Positions 9,546-18,990 of a stretch of 64,000 bases of DNA are shown here, one piece after another. The stretch comes from Desulfatiglandales bacterium (GTDB lineage Bacteria > Desulfobacterota > DSM-4660 > Desulfatiglandales > HGW-15). Position numbers and translations under genes: made by a program. The notes below the pieces were generated by a model, which did no database searches, was not told the DNA's origin, and saw only the letters and a program-made list of their open reading frames with translations. Location of the stretch: assembly GCA_963667015.2 (NCBI GenBank), contig CAXXJJ010000004.1:3936001-4000000 (forward strand). Direction: 5' to 3'. Each line of letters begins with the position of its first letter. The stretch's first letter is position 1.

Positions 9546-9575
9546 GCACAACATGTTATTAACCGGCCTAGAGAT
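9546..9575 (-). other. Candidate attI / start of the array
   Basis: GTTGTGC core complements R'' GCACAAC at 8712-8718, but no attC palindrome lies upstream. Confidence 0.5.
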
Positions 9576-9901
9576 GTCTATATATAACCACTTTCAACAG
9601 GAATGTTTACCGGTAACTATTTTACATGTCTATGTATAGACATTTTTAAAACTTCTATTTTCAACTATATTGATATGAAATAAACAAGGAAAACATCAAA
9701 ACATCCTCTTATTACACTCTTGAAAACTTACGACTACTTGCCAAAGTCTATCATCTAAAAAATATTCTAAAACTTTCCATTTATAGCAGTAGTCACAACA
9801 TTGGCCTATACATATATGATAGAGATATTCAAGGTATTCAGCTTGTGTGAAAACTGCAGACCGCGATATACTGGGCGTTTTTGTTGTTGTACTAGTTTTC
9901 C

Positions 9902-10327
9902 TTACTTACGCGGCGCTGGCACAAAAAAGTTCCACCTGACGCCGAACCTGTCTATCAGCGAGCCGCAATAGCCCCAGGGGTACATAGTATTAGGTGAAAT
10001 AACTTTTCCACCGTCCGCCAGTGCTGTAAAAATTCTGTCCGCTTCTTCATTGGTATCCGGTCCGTAATTGATACCAATATTGTTGCCGGGGGTTATTATG
10101 GTACCGGAAGATTCCAGCGTATCGTCACCGGATATGAAAACACCGCCCAATTTCATAGTCACATAGGCTACCTTATCTTTGTCCTGTTGGGGTGTTGAGG
10201 CGTTTGTAGCAGGGTCCTGGCCGTACCGGATAAAGTCGTTAAACTCTACCCCGAAGACAGACTTGTAGAACATAAAAGCCTGTTCGCAGGTACCGGGAAA
10301 GGTCAAACCGATAGTCACTAACGTCAT
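9902..10327 (-). CDS. VOC/PhnB-like glyoxalase family protein
   Basis: F.G.CEQA..FYKSVFG and WG..G.L.DRFGVRW. Confidence 0.9.
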   Translation of the reverse strand: MTLVTIGLTFPGTCEQAFMFYKSVFGVEFNDFIRYGQDPATNASTPQQDKDKVAYVTMKLGGVFISGDDTLESSGTIITPGNNIGINYGPDTNEEADRIFTALADGGKVISPNTMYPWGYCGSLIDRFGVRWNFFVPAPRK

Positions 10328-10568
10328 GATGTACTCCTTGAAAATAGAAAATAGTTGATAAGAATTCCCTTTTTGCGGAATGAAGTTTATGGAGTTCGGC
10401 GTTGTATGTCAATAAATTACCACCCCACCATATAGTAGTGCTCTTCGGCAGATAAAAAATGGAAATGAGTAAGACGAAGATGATGAAGGCAGACAGGGCA
10501 ATGTGTAGATAGTACTCAACATATTGTATATGTAGGAATATGATGAAAACCTGCAATATCTGCTATAT

Positions 10569-10754
10569 ATCTGAACTTTTAAATAACTTGTGATATCCTG
10601 CGAATATCCAAAGTTCAGATTAGCTTGCCATAGTCATAACTTTTATTCAAGCAAAGATTACCCCCCAATAAGTCTTAAGCTCGAATTGCAGATCACTGCT
10701 AATCCAAACTTTTTACAAAGTTGTGATATCATGCGAATTTGAAAAGTTTAGACT
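10569..10754. repeat. Two related imperfect palindromes of about 52 bp, 133 bp apart
   Basis: ATCTGAACTTT/AAAGTTCAGAT and AATCCAAACTTTT/AAAAGTTTAGACT, both enclosing TTGTGATATCMTGCGAAT. Confidence 0.8.
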
Positions 10755-10931
10755 ACTTACCAGAATATCAATTTTATCAAAATTAATACAGCTTTCACTT
10801 TTCTCTCAATTTATAACAGTCATATTCATTCCTTTCTTTTCTATTGAATAATACTGGTCGAATCCTTATACAATCCTTTTCAACCAAACATTCAAATTAG
10901 TCATATACTCTCAATCCATAATACCATTCCA

Positions 10932-13097
10932 ATGAATCCCCAACAACAAATCGAAGCCCTCTGCAAAAAACTAAAACCCATCCTTGGCAGCCAGGCCGAT
11001 ATACTCTGGCACATGTACTTATCAGAAGACGATAAAGATAGAAGAAAGTTTGCCCAAGATATTGAAATAATCGCCGAAAAGTTTCTAAAAAATCAACCTC
11101 TAGAAAATCCACGAATCCTCCTTGAGCCGCCCCTAACAGAAAGCTCAAAAGGTAAGTATCTAATCGGGGATATAGTCTATAATAATAAGAAAATACACCC
11201 TCTTCACTTAAATCCTGAAGACTTCATAAAACAAATCGGAATATTTGCTATTACAGGAGAAGGAAAAACTAATCTTGCCTACCTTCTTGCCCTACAACTC
11301 CTCAAATCAAAAACACCGTTTACTGTTATAGACTGGAAACGAAGCTGGAGAAATCTTTTATCGGCAAAAGACAAACATCCAGAACTAAATAGCGTCCAGG
11401 TATTCACAATTGGAAGAGACGTCCTTCCCTTCCTCTGGAATGTATTTCAAGCACCACCAGGAACAGACAAAAAGTATTGGATAAGTACAATCGCAGATAC
11501 ATTAGAAAAGTCCCACCTTTCAGGCCCGGGAGTTGCCTATCACTTCAACAAGATATTCTTGAAACTTTTCAAAGATCTTCCCGATGACTTTTACCCTAAT
11601 TTTCATGATGCTATTAAAGAACTTCAAAATACAAAAGTCACAGCGCGGGAACTAAATTGGAAACAAACAGCTCAAAGAATTTTTCAAAGTCTTACTCTCG
11701 GCAATGCCTCAAAAGTCTTCAATACTAGAAAGCCCATGAGGCTTGAAGACATTCTAAAAAAGCCGGTTATTTTTGAACTTGATTTAGAGATGCCAAAAGC
11801 CCTTCGAGTTTTTTTGTCTGAGATAATTTTGAAATGGATTCATCTCTACAGGTTAAGTCAAGGGGAGAGCGACAAGTTGAAACATGTTTTGATTTTAGAG
11901 GAAGTTCACAACCTTTTTCCTAAGAATAATTTTTATAAGGATAATAGCAGTATTGAAAATATATATCGGGAAGTCAGAGGATTCGGGCAAGGATTGGTAA
12001 GTATTACACAGCACCCAAGCCTTTTGCCAATTGAACTTTTAGGAAATTGTCACACTCAAATCTATCTAGGCTTACAACATGCCGATGATATCACAACAGC
12101 ACGGAAGTCTTTGTTTCTAAATTACGATGAGGATTTTTATTTAAACACACTCAAAGTTGGAGAGTGCATAGTAAAAATAAAAAATAGAGTTGAGCCCTGT
12201 CTTGTAAAGACACCTCTTGTGCAAGTAAGGAAAGAAGTTGTAACAGATGATTGGTTGAAAATACATCATCTGAATTCTATGTTTTTGGAATACGTTTGGA
12301 AAGATTCACAATCAAAAAAGCTCTTTGATTGGAATACCTTGCTTGGAGATAATAGCCCAAATGAAAACAAGGGTAACCCCATAGGGGATTATCTACCACC
12401 AACTGCTGGAAAAACCCATACACAGGACCGGAATAGGATAAATGCGTCTTCAAGAAGTAAGGATAATAGGTATGTTAATATAAAAGATAAAAAAAGGAAC
12501 TATCCTCATAACACGAGGCCTCAGCACAAATTGCTTATTGATATTTTGGAGTATCCTTTTTCTGGTGTCACTGAAAGATATAGGAGGTTGAATTTTCATC
12601 CTAAGCCTGGGAATAAATATAGGAAGGATATTATTTCGGAGAAGTGCGCTCGGGCGGTGAAGGTAATTACCGGGATTGGCTGGATTACGCTTTTTGAGTT
12701 AACAAAAAAAGGAAAGATGGTTTTAGCTGACCTTGGATATGAGTTTAAGAATGAAAGCGAGGGGGTTGTTCATAAGTTTTGGAAGCATAGGGTTAGTGAA
12801 TATTATAGGAGGAAGGGCTTTGATGTTAGTGTTGAGGAGTATTACGTAAATGGAAGGCCGGATATTATAGTTAGGAAGGGGGACAAGAAGGTTGCTATTG
12901 AGATTGAGACGGGGAAGTCTGACTATGTGAAGAATGTTAAGCGTGCTTTGGAGGCTGGGTTTGATGAGGTAGTTTGCGTTGCGGTGAATGGGGGAGTTAA
13001 GAATAAAATTTTATTGGATTTGGGAGAAAAGAGGATTAAAGATGAAAAGTTCAAAGTCAGAGTGATTGGGATTAGAGGATATGCTAAAAATTCGTAA
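10932..13097 (+). CDS. HerA/FtsK (DUF87-like) ATPase with C-terminal wHTH and PD-(D/E)xK-like domain
   Basis: Walker A AITGEGKT, Walker B LILEEVH, R..RGFG...ITQHPS; tail has RPDIIV...VAIEIETG. Confidence 0.85.
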   Translation: MNPQQQIEALCKKLKPILGSQADILWHMYLSEDDKDRRKFAQDIEIIAEKFLKNQPLENPRILLEPPLTESSKGKYLIGDIVYNNKKIHPLHLNPEDFIKQIGIFAITGEGKTNLAYLLALQLLKSKTPFTVIDWKRSWRNLLSAKDKHPELNSVQVFTIGRDVLPFLWNVFQAPPGTDKKYWISTIADTLEKSHLSGPGVAYHFNKIFLKLFKDLPDDFYPNFHDAIKELQNTKVTARELNWKQTAQRIFQSLTLGNASKVFNTRKPMRLEDILKKPVIFELDLEMPKALRVFLSEIILKWIHLYRLSQGESDKLKHVLILEEVHNLFPKNNFYKDNSSIENIYREVRGFGQGLVSITQHPSLLPIELLGNCHTQIYLGLQHADDITTARKSLFLNYDEDFYLNTLKVGECIVKIKNRVEPCLVKTPLVQVRKEVVTDDWLKIHHLNSMFLEYVWKDSQSKKLFDWNTLLGDNSPNENKGNPIGDYLPPTAGKTHTQDRNRINASSRSKDNRYVNIKDKKRNYPHNTRPQHKLLIDILEYPFSGVTERYRRLNFHPKPGNKYRKDIISEKCARAVKVITGIGWITLFELTKKGKMVLADLGYEFKNESEGVVHKFWKHRVSEYYRRKGFDVSVEEYYVNGRPDIIVRKGDKKVAIEIETGKSDYVKNVKRALEAGFDEVVCVAVNGGVKNKILLDLGEKRIKDEKFKVRVIGIRGYAKNS

Positions 13098-13163
13098 TAC
13101 TAGACCCATGATTGTGAATTATTTTAATTATTATGTTACAATGCAATGAATATCATATATTAT

Positions 13164-13844
13164 TTATTTTTCTTTTAATGTGAAAGGATTAAAATTTGTT
13201 TCTCTATCGTAATAGTCAACACCCTCAACCTTTTTCACTTTATTAACTACTGCGTAAGTTAATGGTGTGAGAATTGCTTCAACTAAGGTTTTAATCGTCC
13301 ATCCAGCTATTATACTTTCAATGAGTGCACTATTTGGTAAAACACCTCCTAAAGCAACAATATAAAAAACTGCTGTATTTGATAATTGTCCCACCACAGT
13401 CGATGTAATAGTTCTTAGCCAGAGAAACCTTCCTTTGGTGATTACTTTTAATTTTGCAAGTATATAGTTATTCGATATATCTCCGGCAAATACTGCGATC
13501 CAGCCACCTACTAAAACTCGTGGTATTATTCCAAAAACGGTTTTATATGCTTCGTTATTCTGAAAAAATGGAGCAGGCGGAAAAAATGCTGCTATTTGAT
13601 AAACTATGCCAGCTAATACAGAAGCTAAAAGTGTATACCATAATATTTTTCTTGCTTGCGCATATCCATACACTTCTGTAATAATATCAGAAATTATATA
13701 TGTAAATGGAAAATATAAAACTGTCATCGAAACACCAAATCCGAATAATAATATTATTTTTGCTGCGGTAGCATCTGATATCAATTGGAAAGTTATGTTG
13801 AGTACTAAAAATAAACTTATTAATTTATATCTATTCGATAACAT
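13164..13844 (-). CDS. yhhQ: Queuosine precursor transporter (YhhQ/VUT family)
   Basis: FPFTYIISDIITEVYG, RFLWLRTI.STVVGQ, D..TNFNPF. Confidence 0.9.
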   Translation of the reverse strand: MLSNRYKLISLFLVLNITFQLISDATAAKIILLFGFGVSMTVLYFPFTYIISDIITEVYGYAQARKILWYTLLASVLAGIVYQIAAFFPPAPFFQNNEAYKTVFGIIPRVLVGGWIAVFAGDISNNYILAKLKVITKGRFLWLRTITSTVVGQLSNTAVFYIVALGGVLPNSALIESIIAGWTIKTLVEAILTPLTYAVVNKVKKVEGVDYYDRETNFNPFTLKEK

Positions 13845-13877
13845 TTTATTTTCCTTATTATTTTTTAAAAATCAGAT

Positions 13878-14525
13878 TTAGTTTATATAATTTTGCTTTT
13901 TGGCAGAATCCATATTAATAATCTTATCAACCCTATCAACTAAATTGATATCTTTGCAGATCCCGGACGGTGCTTCAGCTAGTAGAGCCAAGGCTAGAGA
14001 TTCTGAATGTGAAGGAGAAAGCTTTTCATAAAACGCTGCAATACCTTCACCTTTTTGATTACCTTTAAATGCTATAGTGTATATGTTCCCATCTTTTTCA
14101 CTATTCTGGAATTGATAAAAAATATAAGGTACATCAGGCCAATCATATGGAAGTCTTTTTATTTCTACGAGCTCGTTTGTGGCTATTTTTACATTACTTT
14201 TTTTCCTGACAATCTTTGCTAATGCCTCAAATATAAGGTAATAGCCTTCAAGTTCACTTTCGGCTTTGGACTTAGAAACTAAAAATAAATACTTAACACC
14301 TTCTTTAAAATTATCTTCTACTGCTTCTGCCAAAGTATTGCTTGGTTTTTCGACTTGATTTGCAAGTACTATCACTTGCTTCAATCCGGGAAGATCACGT
14401 TCAAAAATACCAAGATTCTTTGATGATATAAACCTAGATATATTTTTAAAGTGGAAAATTACATAGCCAAGCATAAATGCGGCAACTAAAAAAATAGAAA
14501 TTGTCAAAATATTATGTATTATCAT
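13878..14525 (-). CDS. Hypothetical protein with N-terminal TM helix
   Basis: Long ORF; likely start at MIIHN, overlapping the upstream gene's 3' end. Confidence 0.65.
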   Translation of the reverse strand: MIIHNILTISIFLVAAFMLGYVIFHFKNISRFISSKNLGIFERDLPGLKQVIVLANQVEKPSNTLAEAVEDNFKEGVKYLFLVSKSKAESELEGYYLIFEALAKIVRKKSNVKIATNELVEIKRLPYDWPDVPYIFYQFQNSEKDGNIYTIAFKGNQKGEGIAAFYEKLSPSHSESLALALLAEAPSGICKDINLVDRVDKIINMDSAKKQNYIN

Positions 14526-14982
14526 TTTCTTCCTTAACAAATAAGCCTGTTCTCGTCCCAACATATAACCAATATATTAGTGCCATTAAAGTGCATCCTA
14601 GCTGTTGAAATATACAAGCATTAAAAGGTCTAGGCGTACTTAATCCAGTTTGAGTAAGAATAGATGAATAATAGATGACAATAACAATTAATGGTGCAAT
14701 ACAACAAATTAAGGTCACGTTAAAGTCACTACTACCAATTTTGAATTGTTTTTTATCAAAAAGGCTAATCGCACTGCCTACAGCTACAGTAGTAGCATAA
14801 AAGAAAAGTCCGCCATCTCCCAGAATTGTCCCAATTGTTATGGTTCCCCTGCTTGTAGTATTTAACACTAAAAGTAAAATCCATAACTGAATGGGACCGA
14901 ATGCTATTAAAATAAATAAAAATGAAAGAAACCTTCCATATTGCATGGTAAACTCCCTTTTAAAATAAAAAAGCTTGGACAA
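14512..14982 (-). CDS. Hypothetical 4-TM membrane protein
   Basis: Four hydrophobic segments; start may be MQYG at 14947 region. Confidence 0.65.
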   Translation of the reverse strand: MSKLFYFKREFTMQYGRFLSFLFILIAFGPIQLWILLLVLNTTSRGTITIGTILGDGGLFFYATTVAVGSAISLFDKKQFKIGSSDFNVTLICCIAPLIVIVIYYSSILTQTGLSTPRPFNACIFQQLGCTLMALIYWLYVGTRTGLFVKEENDNT

Positions 14983-15370
14983 TGCATTGTATAGGTAAAA
15001 TTAAGTGTGAGTTTTGTTCTAAAATAAATATAGAAAAGAAAATATATTAATACTAAATATTTCTTGTGATCACTTTTTTTTGGGTGTTAAAAAATAATTT
15101 ATATTGTCTATTTTTTTTTGTCAATACATTATCTAAACAATTTTACGGAAAATATATTTAAATCAGATTCAACTGAATAATTTATCAATCAATTTGTTGA
15201 ACTTTACATATATTATTCGTTTTCTCAACTTATTGGAAACATAATAAATAGTCGTATATTATGCTCATTTCCTTTTCATATCCATATACAACCCTTATAA
15301 ACCCCTCTCCCTTTTTCTCTAAACAAACCGGATTTTAAATCCACTAACCCTTTAGAGAAAGGAGAGACCT

Positions 15371-15649
15371 ATGAACGTTTTCATTGGTGTAGGTAAGATA
15401 AACAATATCAACCAAAACGGAAGAATATTGAAATTCAATCTTGCCTTAAAACAGGAAAAACCCTGTAACGTCCCATGCGTGCTTTTTGACCCGGATGAGG
15501 AAACAAAAGCAAAAGTTGCACAATTCGAATTTTCAAAAAGAATTGTCTGGCTTAAAGGAAGAGCTTCATCTTATGAGTTTGAAGTTCGTGAAAAACCTGT
15601 ATGTAAGCTTGAGATAGTCACCTATCCAGGCAACATAAAACCTATCTGA
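15371..15649 (+). CDS. SSB-like OB-fold protein
   Basis: MNVFIGVGKI N-terminus, VWLKGR strand; strong SD; no acidic tail. Confidence 0.55.
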   Translation: MNVFIGVGKINNINQNGRILKFNLALKQEKPCNVPCVLFDPDEETKAKVAQFEFSKRIVWLKGRASSYEFEVREKPVCKLEIVTYPGNIKPI

Positions 15650-15668
15650 ATATCTTAGATATTTCAGT

Positions 15669-15716
15669 AAAGGAGCTTGTCCCCTGTCTAGCCGGGGCTC
15701 GCTCCTTTTTTATTTT
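15669..15716 (+). terminator. Terminator-like hairpin directly before the next RBS
   Basis: AAAGGAGC...GCTCCTTT followed by a T run. Confidence 0.65.
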
Positions 15717-15734
15717 GAGTAAGGAGGTATTCCA

Positions 15735-16067
15735 ATGTGGAATATGCCAAGTAAGGAAAGATTAGCCGGAATACCACGGTTGTACGAAACCGATGATATC
15801 CAGCCAGAACACAAACAAATTCACCTGCACTTTTTTATATTCGGCTCTGACTGGTTTATCGCTGAATATAATGGGGATGATTTATTCTTCGGATATGTAA
15901 TTCTTAATAACGATCTTATTAATGCAGAATGGGGATTTATATCCTTTCAGGATCTTAAAGAAATAAATATCAATGGAATTGAAGTTGACTGCGAAAATGA
16001 GATTAGTTGGAAAACCAGACGCGCAAATGAAGTTGATGAGATCAGACAGGCGAATCATTGGATGTAG
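15735..16067 (+). CDS. DUF2958-like protein
   Basis: HFF...SDWFIAEY...FFGYV...AEWGFIS..DL. Confidence 0.8.
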   Translation: MWNMPSKERLAGIPRLYETDDIQPEHKQIHLHFFIFGSDWFIAEYNGDDLFFGYVILNNDLINAEWGFISFQDLKEININGIEVDCENEISWKTRRANEVDEIRQANHWM

Positions 16068-16163
16068 GCTTCATTAACTGAAGAACAAAAGCTTGAGGTA
16101 TCAGAATAACGAGTCTTGAAAATTTGTTTCAGAGATAAAAACAACATAAATTTTATTTTTTTT

Positions 16164-16200
16164 AAAAGCTCTTTGGAGAAATCCAAAGGGCTTTTTTTAT
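16164..16200 (+). terminator. Terminator-like hairpin directly before the radC RBS
   Basis: AAAAGCTCTTTGGA-GAAA-TCCAAAGGGCTTTT followed by a T run. Confidence 0.7.
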
Positions 16201-16212
16201 TTGGAGGTAAAT

Positions 16213-16704
16213 ATGGATAAAGATCAATTCTGGGAAGATTTGAAATCAGGAAAATTTGTATCAATGGTTAAAGAATCATCTAAGGGCCAATCGTTAAGCA
16301 GCTCAGTTGAAGCATATAATATACTTAAACCACTATTTGCAGATGAAGACGATATTGAAAAAATGTTTTTTATATTTATGAACCAGGCAAATGAAATTAT
16401 CACAGTTGAAAGTCTATTTAAAGGCAGTATTGCTGGCTCTGCTGTTTTCCCCAGGGAGATAATCAAAAGAATAATTCAATTAAAAGCGAATGCATTTGTA
16501 ATGGCTCATAACCATCCTTCTGGGAATCACAGGCCTTCCAATGAAGATAAGGCTATAACCTTTAGAACGCTGGTTGCGACATCTTCAATTGACGTTGGGT
16601 TTCATGACCATCTGATAATCGGAGACAGGTATTTTAGCATGGCCGATGAAGGAATTATAAAAGCTATGAAAACCCGGCTTAATAATTTTTTAAAGGAGGT
16701 GTGA
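16213..16704 (+). CDS. radC: RadC-like JAB domain protein
   Basis: VFPREI, AHNHPSG..PS.ED, DHLIIG. Confidence 0.92.
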   Translation: MDKDQFWEDLKSGKFVSMVKESSKGQSLSSSVEAYNILKPLFADEDDIEKMFFIFMNQANEIITVESLFKGSIAGSAVFPREIIKRIIQLKANAFVMAHNHPSGNHRPSNEDKAITFRTLVATSSIDVGFHDHLIIGDRYFSMADEGIIKAMKTRLNNFLKEV

Positions 16705-16707
16705 GAT

Positions 16708-16905
16708 ATGTATCATCCTTCAATTAGTCCTCAGCTTGTCATTACTTTATATCGGATGAAAAGGTTTTATAAAAAGCCCATCACGAAACTGGCAAATGAA
16801 CTAATTATTAGTTCACTTCATACAATTAACAAGGAAGAAGTGTGTAAGACATGTATCAGTGAGAGTAACCAGAAATGTGAGGAATGCATCCTGGCTAAAA
16901 TCTAA
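16708..16905 (+). CDS. Small hypothetical protein with Cys-rich C-terminus
   Basis: SD AAGGAGGT; CxxC...CxxC. Confidence 0.7.
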   Translation: MYHPSISPQLVITLYRMKRFYKKPITKLANELIISSLHTINKEEVCKTCISESNQKCEECILAKI

Positions 16906-16927
16906 GACTTTTTTTTCAAACAACTAC

Positions 16928-16964
16928 AAGGCGTATCATTTACGAATGATGCGCCTTTTTTATT
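16928..16964 (+). terminator. Terminator-like hairpin directly before the next RBS
   Basis: AAGGCGTATCATT-TACG-AATGATGCGCCTT followed by a T run. Confidence 0.7.
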
Positions 16965-16978
16965 GAAAGGAGTAGGTA

Positions 16979-17449
16979 ATGAATTATATCGGCATTGTTG
17001 GAGCTAGAAAATATAAAAATAGAAAATGTATTCAAAGTTTTATTAAGAGCCTTCCTGGGGATTCAATTATTGTAACGGGTGCCTGTGAAGGTGTTTGCTC
17101 CTGGACAATTGAACAGGCAGAGAAAATTGGACTTGATGTTTTAGTCTTCAAACCGGATTTATCCAATACCAACCATTACTATGAGGTTGCTGAAAGGTAT
17201 TATCAAAGGAATAGGGAATTAATTGAGAAGTGTGATTTTGTTCATGCGTTTTTTAGTAATGAGAATGGTTATAAGGGTGGGACAAAATTTGAAGTCGAGT
17301 ATGCAATAAAACTTGGAAAGCCTGTCAGAGTTTATACTGAAAGTAAAATTGCTAAAACGATTTATCAACCGGAGTTATTTTCTGTTGAGGTTAAGAAAAA
17401 ATATAATCCAGCGTGGCAGCATTTTTTTCTGGAGAATGTTTGTAGGTAG
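16979..17449 (+). CDS. SLOG superfamily (DprA/YspA-like) protein
   Basis: IGIVGAR, IVTGAC.GV, RNRELIE, GGT...V.YA..LGKPV. Confidence 0.8.
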   Translation: MNYIGIVGARKYKNRKCIQSFIKSLPGDSIIVTGACEGVCSWTIEQAEKIGLDVLVFKPDLSNTNHYYEVAERYYQRNRELIEKCDFVHAFFSNENGYKGGTKFEVEYAIKLGKPVRVYTESKIAKTIYQPELFSVEVKKKYNPAWQHFFLENVCR

Positions 17450-17668
17450 ATTCCAGAGTCCTGGGCATGACTTTAAAGGTGCCCATTCGCTATTAAATAA
17501 GTGAGGTTATAAATTCTGTAAAAACTTAATATTAAAAGGATAATGCAAAGAACATTCTGCATTCTATTTCTTGTTTTTTGCTTTAAACCTTCTTCCTAAT
17601 ATTTTTCTAACAATATATTTTTATTATACAAAAAAACTTTAACTTTTCGGATATAAAAGGGTGATGTA

Positions 17669-18124
17669 ATGACAAATAAAATAAAAGTTCTATTTATCTG
17701 CCAGCATAACAGCGGACGCAGTCAAATCGCAGAAGCATATTTAAAAAAATACTTTGGAGATCACTATGAGATTGAAAGTGCAGGTCTTGAACCCGCGGAG
17801 GAAATTAATCCTCTTGTCGTTCAAGTTATGTCTGAAGAGGGAATTGACATATCTCATAAAAAACCTCAAAGCGTTTTTGAACTTTATAAACAGGGTAATA
17901 TTTATGAACATGTTATTACTGTTTGCGATGATTCTGAAACTAAATGCCCCATCTTTCCTGGTATAACAAAGCGTTGGCACTGGCCTTTTTTGGACCCTTC
18001 TGCTGTAGATGGAACAGAGGAAGAAAAACTTGGAAAGGTAAGAAAAATTCGCGATATGATTAAAAGCTGGGTTATAAATCCTCCAGACGGCGCAATTAAT
18101 TTTAATAAATTGATAAATAACTAA
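17669..18124 (+). CDS. arsC: LMW-PTP family arsenate reductase
   Basis: CQHNSGRSQ P-loop, ITVCD, CP.FPG, HW.F.DP. Confidence 0.9.
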   Translation: MTNKIKVLFICQHNSGRSQIAEAYLKKYFGDHYEIESAGLEPAEEINPLVVQVMSEEGIDISHKKPQSVFELYKQGNIYEHVITVCDDSETKCPIFPGITKRWHWPFLDPSAVDGTEEEKLGKVRKIRDMIKSWVINPPDGAINFNKLINN

Positions 18125-18322
18125 TTTAAGCTGCATAGTCTCTATTTATTTATATTCAAAACATTCCACATGCCAGTGGAATATATATAGAACAGTAGAC
18201 AGTGATAACTATAAATTAATGTTTTTTTCTGGTATCTTGCTAATCAAAACTTCACTTTCGTAAAATCATAAATTCAAATATATAATCAGAAATCACCCTA
18301 AAAATTAGAGAAAATTATACCA

Positions 18323-18496
18323 ATGGAAAAGGGACCAGTCTTTCACAAAATAGGCAAGATAAAATTAAATAATTTAGTAAGGAATCATAATTGCAGATAT
18401 TATGAGGAGTGCGTGACTAAAGCTGCAATGAAGAACCTTCTTTTAGACTGTGGAATATGTGACTTCAAATCAGATGATCATTTTAAGGAAGAATAA
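18323..18496 (+). CDS. 57-aa Cys-rich small protein (not in ORF track)
   Basis: MEKGPVFHK...RNHNCRYYEEC...DCGICDF. Confidence 0.5.
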   Translation: MEKGPVFHKIGKIKLNNLVRNHNCRYYEECVTKAAMKNLLLDCGICDFKSDDHFKEE

Positions 18497-18530
18497 ATGT
18501 GAAACCTAAAATTTGAGGAGGGGTATCTCT

Positions 18531-18990
18531 ATGCCTACCATTGTTAAAATCTCTAATCCTTATGTATGTAGGGTAATTATAACTGAAGATGATCCAGATG
18601 ATGCATTAATAGAAAAATTGGCTTTTGAAGATCTTAATTTCACTGGGCATTTAAAGTTTTTTAATTACGATATTGAACTAATTGATCTTCTTAACTCCAA
18701 TATTATTTAATATAATAACAACATTCCGGATTTAATCCTTTTAGACTTTTAAAATGCCGAGAAAAAATGGATATGATTCTCTCAGATAAATTGAGAATTC
18801 GCCTTAACTAAAGGATATTCCAGTTATAATCCTCACAACTTCAAGCAATAGTGAAGAGTTAAAAAAGTGCATGGATTTAGGTGCTAAAAAATTCATTACT
18901 AAACCTGCAAGTTATGATAGCGTAGTGAAGGTGATCGAAGACCTTCTTAAAAGATACTGTGAAAAATATAGTAATCTTGAATTCGAATAG
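18531..18990 (+). pseudogene. Response regulator receiver pseudogene
   Basis: EDDPDD...PDLILLDF/KMPRKNG...DIPVIILTTS...GAKKFITKP, interrupted by three TAA stops and one extra T near 18750. Confidence 0.85.

Larger units (their letters stand above)
2240..9552 (-). mobile_element. Integron cassette array with no adjacent intI (CALIN-like): six minus-strand cassettes plus an inserted IS91-like element
   Basis: attC-like imperfect palindromes lie between all genes. Each cassette begins with a GTT core complementary to its own downstream AAC box. Confidence 0.88.

Noticed and set aside
18531..18990. Stop-codon reassignment (three TAA in a receiver domain)
   Set aside because: The gene also has a frameshift and neighbouring genes use TAA as stop, so ordinary decay explains it.
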